Shown piece after piece: positions 36,013 through 45,802 of a stretch of DNA of 64,000 nt. A program made the translations under genes and the position numbers. The DNA comes from Gammaproteobacteria bacterium. Lineage in GTDB: Bacteria; Pseudomonadota; Gammaproteobacteria; GRL18. Where the stretch lies: contig JBHNNM010000002.1 in NCBI GenBank assembly GCA_048563625.1, forward strand, positions 5,483 through 69,482, read 5' to 3'. The stretch's first letter is position 1; every line of letters starts with the position of its first letter. The notes below the pieces were generated by a model. It did not search any database. It was not told the DNA's origin and was given only the letters and a program-made list of their open reading frames with translations.

Positions 36013-36482
36013 GAGCGCACCTCCGACCAGTTGACCGATTGATCAACGTATTCTTCGAGAGATATATCCACTTCGGCCCGCTGTGGAGCGAGATTGGTCT
36101 GGTCGAAAAGACCGAAAAAACGAGCCTTCACCTGCCTGACAATGAAGGTCACGCCCGGATAGAGATCACCGAAAATAAGAATGACCCGGTGCGGCGCGTT
36201 CTTGAGCATGCTGCCAGTGTGTTCCGGGTATTGCAGAGATCGCAGCCAGTCGACCTTCTGTTTGATCGGTCCCTTGAACAGGTCGACCTTGAAGGTGATC
36301 CGGCGTGGCTCACCGGCCACATACTGATAGCGCGGATGACTCATGCCGGGAATCTTGATGGCGGCATAGCTGGTCGATTTTTCATCGCTGATATTGTTGG
36401 GATTGTATTGGAATTCCAGTCGCTCGCCGGTGTCGGCATCGACCAGATATCCCTTTATCGGTTGTCGGTCCCAACCCATCAT
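36009..36482 (-). CDS. Tube-like/tube-initiator protein (CIS_tube family)
   Basis: 157 aa. LEFQYNPNNISDEKSTSYAAIKIPGMSHPRYQYVAGEPRRITFKVDLF pattern of contractile-system tube proteins. Confidence 0.6.
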   Translation of the reverse strand: MMGWDRQPIKGYLVDADTGERLEFQYNPNNISDEKSTSYAAIKIPGMSHPRYQYVAGEPRRITFKVDLFKGPIKQKVDWLRSLQYPEHTGSMLKNAPHRVILIFGDLYPGVTFIVRQVKARFFGLFDQTNLAPQRAEVDISLEEYVDQSVNWSEVRS

Positions 36483-36805
36483 TCAACCTCGTGAATTTCA
36501 ACGATTGTCTTGCCGATCTCTTTGGCATGGGACAGCTCCTGCTGCATCCCTTTGGAAATACCGTTTCCGGTAAACGCCCAGACTTCAGAGCAGGTTTCCA
36601 TGTAAGCGAGTCCGCAGCTGATACCGGCGGAGCGTTGTTTCGGGTCGTGGTCATCGACAAAGCGCGGGTACAGCAGGTGCGGTGCGAATGGCGCGTAACC
36701 TTGGTCCATGGCCATGCGGCATAGCTTTTTGGCGACTTCAATGTTTCTTTTAATGTCCCCGGCAAAGGGGCTGCAAATAAACACTCTTTTCATCGGTTGC
36801 CTCAC
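36479..36805 (-). CDS. DUF4406 / nucleoside 2-deoxyribosyltransferase-like fold protein (moron inside the tail module)
   Basis: 108 aa. VFICSPFAGDIKRNIEVAKKLCRMAMDQGYAPFAPHLLYPRFVDD ... EVWAF ... ISKGMQQEL pattern. Confidence 0.55.
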   Translation of the reverse strand: MRQPMKRVFICSPFAGDIKRNIEVAKKLCRMAMDQGYAPFAPHLLYPRFVDDHDPKQRSAGISCGLAYMETCSEVWAFTGNGISKGMQQELSHAKEIGKTIVEIHEVE

Positions 36806-39800
36806 AGGGTTTCATAGTTTCTAATTTTTCGTTCCCGGAGATCCTTGTAGACTGCCTCGGCCACCTGACGTCCATCGATATGCGTGGCCACGGAAACCTC
36901 CATAGGTCGTTCCGAAAGAGCATCGAGCTTGTTCAACAGCGCCTCAAGAAGGCTGGCCACATCGGGACCATCCTGCTGGCCTGCAGGCGGTGACACCAAC
37001 GCACTTGTTCTTGCTGCTGCCAGCTTTTCAGGGGAATGCGATTCCGGCTGCATTAGCGGAACAGCATTGACTTCCTGCAACAAACCGGTCCCGGCCGTAT
37101 CCACCGAAGCCCTGACATCGGCCGGAATACTCAGTGCGGGAATCATCCCCATCGACGGGGCGATCTGCCCGGCAATGGTCACCGGCGGAACCGAGGGAGC
37201 CGCAATGGCGTCCGGGAACTGATAAGGCTTACTTACCGGAATTTTCGGTGTAATGTCGGCTGCTCCGGTTGGTCCTGCGTTTACGACCGGCATTGCGGAA
37301 GCCATAACCGGCGTGAGCATGAGCACGGCGGAGAACACCGTTGGGATGAGCTTTTTATCCAGACTCGGGATCAAAGCGAATCGACCGGCGCTTTGCTGAA
37401 CGGTAGAAGGTTTGGCAGAAGCCGTCTGCAATCTGGGCACTGCTTTAGCTTCCGGTGCTGGTGAAGAGGAAAACAAGGACTTGATACCGCTCCAAGCACC
37501 ACTGAGCAGTCCGGAGGCTTTCTGTTTTACCGACTGAATGACAGCGCCCACACCGGACTTGACCTGGCTCCAGAGTGCAGTTCCTTTTTCAGCTACGGCT
37601 GAAATACCGGAGCCGATGATGTTTTTCAGCCCACTGAAGGTGGACGTGAAGGTCTGTTTGACCGCCGTCGCACCGGCGGACAGCTTATTCCAGACGCCAC
37701 TCCATGAATCGGGCAAAGACAATTCGGGAATGAGATTGCTCAACGCGCCTTTGATCAGACCTCCGGCTTTGGACACCATCGCTCCGGCACCGTCAACCAG
37801 TGAACCCCAGAGATTGCCCGCCGTCCGGAAAGGAGCAGCAAGCAGTCCCATCTCAGTCTGGCCAGCTGATTTGAGCCCATTCCAGACACCAGACAGTGCA
37901 GACAGAACTCCACGAGCCGCAAAGGAGAACACTTTTGCAGGCAATGCCAGTGTGGAAAGCATTCCATCGGCCAGTGTTTTAAGCAGGGCTTGACCTGATG
38001 CAGTCAGCGTCGATAGCGGCCCCTCCTTGGCATCGGAGAACGGCAGCAGGCTTCGCAGCTTACCGAGAGCACTCTTCAACATGCGGAATGGATAGGTAAC
38101 CGCCGACCAGATGCCTTCACCCAGCGTGACGAGCATCTTTTTCCCGGCCTCGAAAAAGGTCATGTCGCCCGAGAAGAAGCTCCTCACCGTGGCGAACAGG
38201 TTCCGCAATGTGCTGACAAGCGGCAGGTTCATGAACACACTGACGATACGCTCACCGGCAGCTACAAAGAACCGAACCATCCCGTCAAAAACCGAGGTGA
38301 TGAAGTTCCAGACCCCGCTGATGACATCGCGAGCCCACCTGAACGGAGTTGCCAGAAAATCAAAGACCGCTCCGACAATCGCTTTCAACCCATCCAGCAG
38401 GGAGACATCTCCGGTCAGTATCTGCCAGACGGAATAGATAATCTTCCCGGCGGCCACAAACGCCTGAGCAATCAGCCGGACCGGGAGCAGAAATTTGTAG
38501 ATGAACTTGGTGGCATAGATCAGTGAGCCGACGATCACCTTGCCAACCCAGACGACGCTTCTCACCACAATGGCGAGTGCTTTGACAACCATCGTGATAT
38601 TCCAGACAACGATGCGAAGTGCATAGGCCAGACCCTGCAGCAGAACACCGGCAACTGTTCCAACCACGGAACCAAACTTTCGCCACGCCGATCCGTCCGC
38701 TGAATTGGCAGAGACACCAAATATTTCCACCACCGAGAAGATGGCTTTGTAAAGGGTGGCATAGGCTGAAATCATTGCCTTTACGGCTGGTTCGAGAATA
38801 GCCCGGATTCGACCGAAGGCGTGTGAAAAGGCTTCCCACAGCCCAGACAGGTATTCCCGCACCCGATAATAGACCTTGAAAACGGTCACGACAAAACCGA
38901 GAAGCCCGCCCGACTTGAGTCGGCTGGCAAGCTCAGCCGACATCTGGCCGGTGGAGCCGCTCAGAGATGAGATGAGGGTCTTCACACCTTCGAAAGCCAG
39001 TTTGATCTTGTTCCACGTCCCGAGAACGATGTCCCGGATTCCTCCGAAGTTTGTCTCCCATGCCCGTTTCAGCAGATAGACTGCCAGAACCACACCGGCA
39101 ATGGCGGCGGTAACCGGCAGAAAATATGTGGCGATGGCAGAGCCGACACCTGCGGCAGCTGCGCTGATGGCGACAAACCCGGCCTTGATTGCCGGAAGCA
39201 TGAGCCCGACCAGTCCAACAGCCGAAGTGACTGCCCCGGCAACGAGCAGCACAGCTCCAAGAGCCATGGAAAGCGTCAAGACCACCCGAGTGACTCCGGG
39301 CATGGATTTGGCCAGTTTCTGCAAAAACAGAATGAAGCGGGAAATTCCGTTCATCACCGGGGTGACGACTGGCAGCAACGTGCGGCCCAATATCTCGGTC
39401 AGGTTGGACATCTGCTGCCGGATCAATCCAAACCGGGCTCCGATATCCTGATTCATGGCACTGGCCATCTGATTGGTTACAGCCGTTCCCGTTTTCATGG
39501 CTGCACAGACCGATTTGATATTGCCCTCCAGTGACTCCATTCCGGCGGACATCTGCAGGAGAAACTTGACCGCTTCATCGGAGCCGAAGGCTTTCTTCAG
39601 TTTCACCTGAGCGGCCGCCTGCGACATATCCGGAAACTGCTGTTTGATCTCCTGCAGGATGGGAATAACACCGTTGAGACGGCCGGTTGTATCGGTAAAC
39701 GAGAGGCCAAGCTGATCACCGGCCTCGGGCGGTTTCATGATGAACGCCTTGTATAGTGTTCCGGCTTCGGAGCCCGGCATGGTGGTCTGTAACTGACCGA

Positions 39801-40461
39801 GGATCGCCAGCTGTTCCTGCAGAGGAATATTGCTGGCGGCAGCAACGGCACCGATGTTTTTGATCGCATCGGCCATCTGGGTGCCGTTGGTCTTGAACGA
39901 AGCTACGGTCTGGGCCATGGCTCCAGAAAATGCGGTCGCCCATTCCATGTCGGTCACGTCCGCCATGATGGGTTTGAAAATTCCATAAGCCGTGGTGATG
40001 GTCCCGACCATCTCCTGTGTGGTGGCTTTGGCTGTGAGACAGGCCATGTTGGTGAAGACACCGACCGCCTCATCGCTGAGGTTGGACAGAGCAGGCTTCA
40101 CGTCGTAGGTGGCCGTGATGAAAGCCGCCTTGTTGGCTCCCGACCACTGGTTGGTGAACGATTCGGCGGCGTCCTCGATGGCACCAAGGTCCTTGACACC
40201 CAAGGAGGCCAATTCCCCGAGAGCCTTTTGAGTGGCGGCGGTAGATGCGACCAAGGCTACGGGCGCGGCCATGAGCGCAAGACCGGCACCTACCATCATG
40301 GTGCCTTTCTGGATACGATCCAGATTTCTGGTCATGCGTTCACTGGCGGCCGCGACGGTAACGTCGAGGCTTGTCATCGAGCTTTCAATGCGCTGGGCGT
40401 TTTGCGTGAACGCATCCTTCATCGATACGACAATGCCCAGTCCAAGGTCGTTATTCATCAT
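36802..40461 (-). CDS. Tail tape measure protein
   Basis: 1219 aa, Ala/Gly/Leu-rich with hydrophobic stretches and GVWN repeats. Lies directly after the frameshifting chaperone. Confidence 0.85.
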   Translation of the reverse strand: MMNNDLGLGIVVSMKDAFTQNAQRIESSMTSLDVTVAAASERMTRNLDRIQKGTMMVGAGLALMAAPVALVASTAATQKALGELASLGVKDLGAIEDAAESFTNQWSGANKAAFITATYDVKPALSNLSDEAVGVFTNMACLTAKATTQEMVGTITTAYGIFKPIMADVTDMEWATAFSGAMAQTVASFKTNGTQMADAIKNIGAVAAASNIPLQEQLAILGQLQTTMPGSEAGTLYKAFIMKPPEAGDQLGLSFTDTTGRLNGVIPILQEIKQQFPDMSQAAAQVKLKKAFGSDEAVKFLLQMSAGMESLEGNIKSVCAAMKTGTAVTNQMASAMNQDIGARFGLIRQQMSNLTEILGRTLLPVVTPVMNGISRFILFLQKLAKSMPGVTRVVLTLSMALGAVLLVAGAVTSAVGLVGLMLPAIKAGFVAISAAAAGVGSAIATYFLPVTAAIAGVVLAVYLLKRAWETNFGGIRDIVLGTWNKIKLAFEGVKTLISSLSGSTGQMSAELASRLKSGGLLGFVVTVFKVYYRVREYLSGLWEAFSHAFGRIRAILEPAVKAMISAYATLYKAIFSVVEIFGVSANSADGSAWRKFGSVVGTVAGVLLQGLAYALRIVVWNITMVVKALAIVVRSVVWVGKVIVGSLIYATKFIYKFLLPVRLIAQAFVAAGKIIYSVWQILTGDVSLLDGLKAIVGAVFDFLATPFRWARDVISGVWNFITSVFDGMVRFFVAAGERIVSVFMNLPLVSTLRNLFATVRSFFSGDMTFFEAGKKMLVTLGEGIWSAVTYPFRMLKSALGKLRSLLPFSDAKEGPLSTLTASGQALLKTLADGMLSTLALPAKVFSFAARGVLSALSGVWNGLKSAGQTEMGLLAAPFRTAGNLWGSLVDGAGAMVSKAGGLIKGALSNLIPELSLPDSWSGVWNKLSAGATAVKQTFTSTFSGLKNIIGSGISAVAEKGTALWSQVKSGVGAVIQSVKQKASGLLSGAWSGIKSLFSSSPAPEAKAVPRLQTASAKPSTVQQSAGRFALIPSLDKKLIPTVFSAVLMLTPVMASAMPVVNAGPTGAADITPKIPVSKPYQFPDAIAAPSVPPVTIAGQIAPSMGMIPALSIPADVRASVDTAGTGLLQEVNAVPLMQPESHSPEKLAAARTSALVSPPAGQQDGPDVASLLEALLNKLDALSERPMEVSVATHIDGRQVAEAVYKDLRERKIRNYETL

Positions 40462-40628
40462 CGCTTATCCATTTGCTCCCGTTCAAAATCAATCTGCCGC
40501 TCCAAGGCTTCCACAAACTGCTGTCGAAGCCTGAGCGGCAGTGATCGGACTTCCTGAAAACTCCAGTGGAGCCCGCCATAGGCGAGAAAGAAGCTGTCGC
40601 TTACAAGCGAACTCCTGGAAATAAAAAA
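40458..40628 (-). CDS. -1 frame extension of the tail assembly chaperone (frameshift product C-terminus)
   Basis: The -1 frame is open from the slippery site to TGA 40458 (FFISRSSLVSDSFFLAYGGLHWSFQEV...EREQMDKR), overlapping the TMP start. Confidence 0.65.
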   Translation of the reverse strand, partial: FFISRSSLVSDSFFLAYGGLHWSFQEVRSLPLRLRQQFVEALERQIDFEREQMDKR

Positions 40629-41278
40629 GCCGGTTCGGCCTCGAGACGTGTTCTGATCCGGGTGCCGCATCCATCACAGTCGACTTCGACCGTCGTATCG
40701 ATACCGGCATCCACCCGAGCCATTTCCTGCCTAAGGGCACTGCGGTCACGCATGGACATCTCAGCAAGGGATTTCTTGCTGGGTGCCTTTCCGTCAATCT
40801 CGATAAGCCGAATCATCATGGCCGAGGAAATGTTCGGTTCACGCAATGCGGCCAGCCGCTTTTCCTTATGGCCGTCAAGCAGGCCAAAGCAGACCGCTTT
40901 CTTGGAACCGGGCAGCTTGAATTCGAACTCACGTTCCTCGGTGTAAGGAGTGACTTTAAGATCCTCCAGATTGACCGTCACATAGTTAGTCATGCGACAC
41001 GAGGCATTGGGGCACGTCAGTTCCAGCTCGACCTCCTCTCCGAGGGAAATCTGACGCAGCTTTACCAACGCGAAAAGGCGGTCGCCTGAGAGCAGATCGA
41101 GAATATCGTTCACCGCTGGCTTTTCATTCTCGCCAAGACGGACGGTACAGTTTCTGAGCACTTGATTGATCGCCTCTCCATTGCGGATCAGGCGTTGATT
41201 GGTCAGGAGCTCTTCTTCGGCACCGGTCATCTCCTTGAGTTCGATCTCGATGCCACTGGGTAATTCGTAGGTATACAT
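40601..41278 (-). CDS. Tail assembly chaperone (zero-frame product)
   Basis: 225 aa, between the tube and tape-measure genes. Ends 21 nt after a U UUU UUA slippery heptamer. Confidence 0.7.
   Translation of the reverse strand: MYTYELPSGIEIELKEMTGAEEELLTNQRLIRNGEAINQVLRNCTVRLGENEKPAVNDILDLLSGDRLFALVKLRQISLGEEVELELTCPNASCRMTNYVTVNLEDLKVTPYTEEREFEFKLPGSKKAVCFGLLDGHKEKRLAALREPNISSAMMIRLIEIDGKAPSKKSLAEMSMRDRSALRQEMARVDAGIDTTVEVDCDGCGTRIRTRLEAEPAFLFPGVRL
40622..40628 (-). promoter_or_regulatory. Programmed -1 ribosomal frameshift slippery heptamer T TTT TTA
   Basis: The zero frame reads GCT TTT TTA TTT, so X XXY YYZ = T TTT TTA. Confidence 0.65.
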
Positions 41279-41296
41279 TGCTTGACTCCTTGTTTA

Positions 41297-41743
41297 TCAG
41301 GTCCAGTACTGGTAGCAGATGGTCAGTTTCTCGATGGTGTTTTCGGTATTGCCGCCTTCGAGCTCGTCGTATTCCAAGGTCTTGATCCATGCGCCATGCA
41401 GCGTCCAGCGTCTGGTTTCATTGCCGCTGCGGTCATAGCGCACCACATCGATGTCCTTCAGATAATCAGCAGGCAGCCCGCCGGTCACGGCATTGACATC
41501 AACCTGCTTTTTCACCCATTCCCGGGCCGCCTCGTCAGAGCCGTCCTGAAGGATTCCTTTTTCGAGGGTGATGTCCTCAAACTTCACGCGTCCGGCCACC
41601 TTCTGGTCGAACATGGAACCCGCAGGTGCAAAGGCCACTTCCTCGAATTCCGTTTTCGGCTCCTGTCCCTTGTGAAACAGGGCCACGTCAAAGCCGTTCA
41701 CCTCGATGGCAAACTGCCAGTTCTGGTAAAGGCTCTTGGGCAT
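41297..41743 (-). CDS. Tail tube protein (T4 gp19-like family)
   Basis: NWQFAIEVNGFDVALFHKGQEP ... GRVKFEDITLEKGI. Start taken at MPKSLYQ. Confidence 0.75.
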   Translation of the reverse strand: MPKSLYQNWQFAIEVNGFDVALFHKGQEPKTEFEEVAFAPAGSMFDQKVAGRVKFEDITLEKGILQDGSDEAAREWVKKQVDVNAVTGGLPADYLKDIDVVRYDRSGNETRRWTLHGAWIKTLEYDELEGGNTENTIEKLTICYQYWT

Positions 41744-41773
41744 ATTTCCACTTCTCATGGTTGTATCTCCTGA

Positions 41774-43303
41774 TTAAATGATTTCACTGAAGTCCGCGCC
41801 GGTACCGGTCAGGATGAAATTCAGTTCGATGAATTCCGCTGTCTTGGTCGGCTTGACGAACACCCGGGCAATCATTTCATTGCGATCGATAACCGCCGGA
41901 GTGTTGGTTTCCTCATCACACTGGAAGGCGTAGTCATAGAGACCGCCTTTCTCCTTGATGTCCTGCAGGAAGGGATTGATCAGACGGCCGAGCGCCCGCC
42001 ATGTCTGCGGATTGTTCGGCTCGAACACCACAAAACGGGATGACTCGGAAATGGCTTCCTCCATGTACATCATCAGGCGACGGACATTGATTCGGTCCAC
42101 CGCTGAAGGCTGACTCTGGAGCGTTTTCTGGCCCCAGATATTGATGCCAGTGTCCGGGAAAACAGCAATGACATTGACCCCTTCGGGATAGAGCACATCG
42201 CGTTCGCCACGGCAGGTCTTGTAGGCGACCGATATCGCGTTGAAGATGCGGCCACGGTTTATTCCGGCCGGAGCCCACCAGACATAGGTCTTCTGGTCGC
42301 TTCGGGCACAGCACCCGGCTACAGCGCCGCAGGGAGGGATGTATTTCTTGCGGGCGGTGATGGGATCGCTGATCTCCAGCCACGGATAATAGAGAGCCGC
42401 GTAAGACGAGTTGAATGCCGCGTGAGTGTAGGTTCCCTGACCCTTTCTGAAGTCAACGACCTCCAGCGGTTCAAGCATGAACGGCGTGTCGGCGATGAAG
42501 AGCAGATCCTTGCGGTTCTCCGCATAGGTAATTCCGGCATTGATAACCGGAACGGTTGTGACACCGGGTACCATGAGAAGATTCAGTGCATCGATCTCAT
42601 CGAACGCATAGAGCCCCGTATGCTGGGACGGGTCGCCGATGTAATCCGAATCGGTCACACCGGTAAGGCCATTGTCGCCACCAATAAGCTGATAGGTGCC
42701 TGCAACTGGCCTGTCTTCAGCAGTTCCGGTACTCGGAGAAAGGTCGCTGACAGTGATGTAATCGGAAACCTCATTGATCATGAGCTCAACATGATTGGCC
42801 GACGCTTCATCCATGGAGAGGTCTTTGAACACCTCGACGATGTTGTCCTTGTATTTGACAACAAGATTGAAGGCGTTGGCAAGGTCCAGTGAACCGTCCT
42901 CGATCGTCACGGAAATGCGGTCGCCCCATGTTCCGGGGTTGGCCGCATTAATCTGAAGAGCAGGTGCCGGTGTCGCATTCTGATCGGCAATGGTCATGTT
43001 TGAGTGCAAAGCCGTCAGCGTGCACTTGTCGGTGATATCGGTATAGTGGGCAACGCGGCAGACATAGAGAATCGAACCGCCATTGTCGAAAAAGGCTCTG
43101 GCCGCATAAGCCAGGTATCCTTCGTTGATGTAGGAGCCGAATTTATTGACGAACTGCTCCCAGCTCGTTACCAGCACCGGTTTGTTGACCGGGCCTTTTT
43201 CGGTGATACCCACCATGGCAGCCGCCGAGGTGGAGATCTGTTTTACATAAAAACTGAAGTCGGTTTCCCGGGTGTAAATGCCGGGCGATAGATAGGCAGG
43301 CAT
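41774..43303 (-). CDS. Tail sheath protein
   Basis: 509 aa. MPAYLSPGIYTRETDFS start and size/position typical of contractile sheath proteins. Confidence 0.85.
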   Translation of the reverse strand: MPAYLSPGIYTRETDFSFYVKQISTSAAAMVGITEKGPVNKPVLVTSWEQFVNKFGSYINEGYLAYAARAFFDNGGSILYVCRVAHYTDITDKCTLTALHSNMTIADQNATPAPALQINAANPGTWGDRISVTIEDGSLDLANAFNLVVKYKDNIVEVFKDLSMDEASANHVELMINEVSDYITVSDLSPSTGTAEDRPVAGTYQLIGGDNGLTGVTDSDYIGDPSQHTGLYAFDEIDALNLLMVPGVTTVPVINAGITYAENRKDLLFIADTPFMLEPLEVVDFRKGQGTYTHAAFNSSYAALYYPWLEISDPITARKKYIPPCGAVAGCCARSDQKTYVWWAPAGINRGRIFNAISVAYKTCRGERDVLYPEGVNVIAVFPDTGINIWGQKTLQSQPSAVDRINVRRLMMYMEEAISESSRFVVFEPNNPQTWRALGRLINPFLQDIKEKGGLYDYAFQCDEETNTPAVIDRNEMIARVFVKPTKTAEFIELNFILTGTGADFSEII

Positions 43304-43305
43304 CG

Positions 43306-43545
43306 TTATTTCCTCCGTTTCGTGTTTTTGGGTTCGGTGGTTTCAGCCGTCTCATCTGAAACGGAGGGCTTTTTCTCTTCCGGTTTTGAAATGCCCACCA
43401 AGCCGCGTTTTTCAGCAAGCGTGATTTCTAGTGACATATCCTTTTGCGGAATTGAGGTGCGCTCACGCGGGCCGAGATGCAATGTTCTATCTCCGGCCAG
43501 ATTGAAGGTGAGCGGTTGAAATTGAAGGTTTCTGATTTCAATCAC
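43306..43545 (-). CDS. Hypothetical small phage protein
   Basis: 79-aa ORF with 4-nt overlap to the upstream gene and 2-nt spacing to the sheath gene. Confidence 0.45.
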   Translation of the reverse strand: MIEIRNLQFQPLTFNLAGDRTLHLGPRERTSIPQKDMSLEITLAEKRGLVGISKPEEKKPSVSDETAETTEPKNTKRRK

Positions 43546-44105
43546 TGTTCATCTCCTTTGGGTTCATAGGTTCGTTCTTCATTCACGCTGCCGTGAAACT
43601 GGAAAGTTCGCTCCTTGATCAGATGGCCGTTCTTGATTTCGCCATCGTAAACAGGACAGTCTTCAATGCGGATGCGTCCGGAGCTTTGCTTCAGATTGGA
43701 AAGGTTGACCCGGTTCAGGCCGCCAAGCGGAGCGATCTCCGTCAGGTTGAGTTGCCCTTGAGCCGTAATGGTCAAAACGGGATTGCGCAGGACAAAGCGG
43801 GAGACCGACTCCTGAAATTCAAGGAGCTCGACCTCACGGTCCACCGTCACAATCAGGTCAAAGTCGAGATGATAAAGACGCGGAAAAGAACACTCTTCGA
43901 ATGACAGAGTGTCCACGTCCATTTCAATCAGGTGGCTTTGGCTGCGGCGCAGTTTGTTTTCGCTGACTCGCGGCCCCTGCAGAATGACGCTGGGCGTGCG
44001 CTGAACTTCAAAAACATCATCAGGCGGGACCAGCACGGCATCGGAATGGATGTCGGCTTTAACCTGCCTGATCAGTGTTTCTGTAACGGTTCGTATTGTG
44101 CTCAC
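43542..44105 (-). CDS. Putative tail completion/terminator protein (DUF4255-like)
   Basis: 187 aa. GTG start with a GGAGG SD, immediately downstream of promoter-like motif B. Weak resemblance only. Confidence 0.4.
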   Translation of the reverse strand: MSTIRTVTETLIRQVKADIHSDAVLVPPDDVFEVQRTPSVILQGPRVSENKLRRSQSHLIEMDVDTLSFEECSFPRLYHLDFDLIVTVDREVELLEFQESVSRFVLRNPVLTITAQGQLNLTEIAPLGGLNRVNLSNLKQSSGRIRIEDCPVYDGEIKNGHLIKERTFQFHGSVNEERTYEPKGDEQ

Positions 44106-44130
44106 GGTAGCCTCCGGATGTTTCTGCCAG

Positions 44131-44163
44131 ATTACTTACCGGAAGCGCTGCGGATGTGTCGGA
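44131..44163 (-). promoter_or_regulatory. Conserved 33-bp motif, copy B, upstream of the tail-completion/sheath operon
   Basis: ATTACTTACCGGAAGCGCTGCGGATGTGTCGGA, 25 nt before GTG 44105. Confidence 0.55.
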
Positions 44164-44649
44164 TCAGAGAATGCCTTTCAGGGCTGCGCGATAATTTTGC
44201 TCAATCTCTTTGCGGTATTTCTGCATGACAGGATGAAGAAATGGTCTGGCCGGGATGATAATGGTCGCCCCGTTCGGGTGGTTGATGGTGGCTCCGTATT
44301 CCATGACAGCGCCGATATTCACCATGCTTTCACCGTCCTTGTTGACGGTTCCACGGAGCAGACCGACAAATGCCTTGTCTGCCATGATCTTCTGGGTGAT
44401 GGAATTGATCAGAAATCCGGTGTCGATAAGCGCCTTGCTGGAGCCTTTACGTTCAATGGTGCTGTCGGCCAGCTTGGCAAAAGCTTGCCCGCCGGGAGCC
44501 TGATTGCGGATGCCGCGTTGAATCTCCCGGACAAGAAACAGGGCATTGCGGATGGTTGCCTGTTGGAGGGCCATGGCGATCCGGGGACCAAGGGTGCCAT
44601 TCAGTTTGGCTTTGGCCTTGTTCCAGTCACCGGTCCGTTTAACGCCCAT
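44164..44649 (-). CDS. HK97 gp10-family head-tail joining protein
   Basis: 161 aa. The pattern ...LVREIQRGIRNQAPGG...DTGFLINSIT...GTVNKDG...YGATINHPNGA..IPARPFL is typical of the gp10 family. Confidence 0.65.
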   Translation of the reverse strand: MGVKRTGDWNKAKAKLNGTLGPRIAMALQQATIRNALFLVREIQRGIRNQAPGGQAFAKLADSTIERKGSSKALIDTGFLINSITQKIMADKAFVGLLRGTVNKDGESMVNIGAVMEYGATINHPNGATIIIPARPFLHPVMQKYRKEIEQNYRAALKGIL

Positions 44650-45004
44650 GGATCTTCACCAGCTTGATGGATTGGTGGGTAATGACTCCAAAAAAGTGTT
44701 CTTCTTCGAGTGTCTGTATTCTGTATGTGACTGTCTCTATCTGGAGCCTGTCTTCCGGGAGCACGTCGGTTTCCGGCAGAACGGAGACAGTGGCGTCGAT
44801 TTTTCCGGCGAGGTCTTCCGGAGGTGTGTGGACTATTTCAACGGGGATCGAGCCGATTGGACTGTATTCCTGATCATCGCTTCCATACAGATTTTCACCG
44901 GGAACAATGCGCAGCACTGTGGCAGTGATGCCGGAGGATACAATCAAATCTCTGACATCCTTCACGGCCTGTTCTTTTTCCTGATCTGTCAAAAGCATCA
45001 GCAA
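44639..45004 (-). CDS. Putative head closure/adaptor protein
   Basis: 121-aa ORF in the connector block. Assigned by position only. Confidence 0.4.
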   Translation of the reverse strand: MLMLLTDQEKEQAVKDVRDLIVSSGITATVLRIVPGENLYGSDDQEYSPIGSIPVEIVHTPPEDLAGKIDATVSVLPETDVLPEDRLQIETVTYRIQTLEEEHFFGVITHQSIKLVKIHGR

Positions 45005-45477
45005 TCCTCTTCAAGGCAGATTCCCTGTTCGTAAATCACCGGAGTAAGGCCGCCGGGAGTGATGATATAGCCATCCTCGTTGACCTCGGTTCCCGGTTTC
45101 AATGCGGCGAGCCTTTTGCGGTATTCATCCAGAAGATCCACTTCGAGCTTGGCCCAATGTTCAGGCTGCTTGGATTTGTCGACCCGTTTGTCGCCACTGG
45201 AAAACGAGAATGCATTGGCGGTTGCAGAGGGCATCACCTGACAGGCATGTATCTGCCCGAGCAGCAGAAGCAGCTCCCTGAGCTCACCACTGATATCCGG
45301 CAGAATCTGCTCGCCCTCGATGGTCAGAGAAATCTCCGCATCCCGGGATAGCTTAAAAACCGCTTTCCGGACGCATCTCTCCAGTGTTGAATCCACAAAG
45401 AGAGACGCATCCGGATCGGACAGGTCGATGCGCAGGTCGGCTATGAGCTCAGGAATCGTCAACGTCAACCTCCGCAA
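44998..45477 (-). CDS. Putative head-tail connector protein
   Basis: 159-aa ORF in the connector block. Assigned by position only. Confidence 0.4.
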   Translation of the reverse strand: MRRLTLTIPELIADLRIDLSDPDASLFVDSTLERCVRKAVFKLSRDAEISLTIEGEQILPDISGELRELLLLLGQIHACQVMPSATANAFSFSSGDKRVDKSKQPEHWAKLEVDLLDEYRKRLAALKPGTEVNEDGYIITPGGLTPVIYEQGICLEEDC

Positions 45478-45802
45478 GACGGTTCTTCAACGCATCGATC
45501 ACGGTTCTGCGTTTTTCGCCTTTCATAAAGCCTTTGAGTTTGGCCGGGTCGGCTTCTTCATTGACCTTGGAAATGGCATCGGTCGCGTTGAGCTTGCTCA
45601 GATCATCATCCTGATCCTGCTTGCCCTGAGAGGAAGGCTTGTCTGCTTTCTCCTTGTCGACCTGAATCACCACTCCGGTTTGCAGGCAGTGTTTGATCTG
45701 GTCGGTCTGTTCTTCAACAGGCGCAACCTCTCCTGGAAACAGCTTAAGCCCGGCATCCGGGATAATGAGAATGCCGGGACGGACATTTTTTATCGTCAAC
45801 AT
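45449..45802 (-). CDS. Hypothetical phage head-module protein
   Basis: ATG 45802 (MLTIKNVRPG) is preceded by AAAGGAGG. The C-terminal helical segment resembles HeH/Rho-N-like motifs. Confidence 0.45.
   Translation of the reverse strand: MLTIKNVRPGILIIPDAGLKLFPGEVAPVEEQTDQIKHCLQTGVVIQVDKEKADKPSSQGKQDQDDDLSKLNATDAISKVNEEADPAKLKGFMKGEKRRTVIDALKNRLAEVDVDDS

Noticed and set aside
19945-44105. Tail cluster as an extracellular contractile injection system or tailocin rather than a phage
   Set aside because: Capsid, scaffold/protease, MuF, portal and large terminase genes follow directly on the same strand. The simplest reading is therefore a complete myovirus-type phage.
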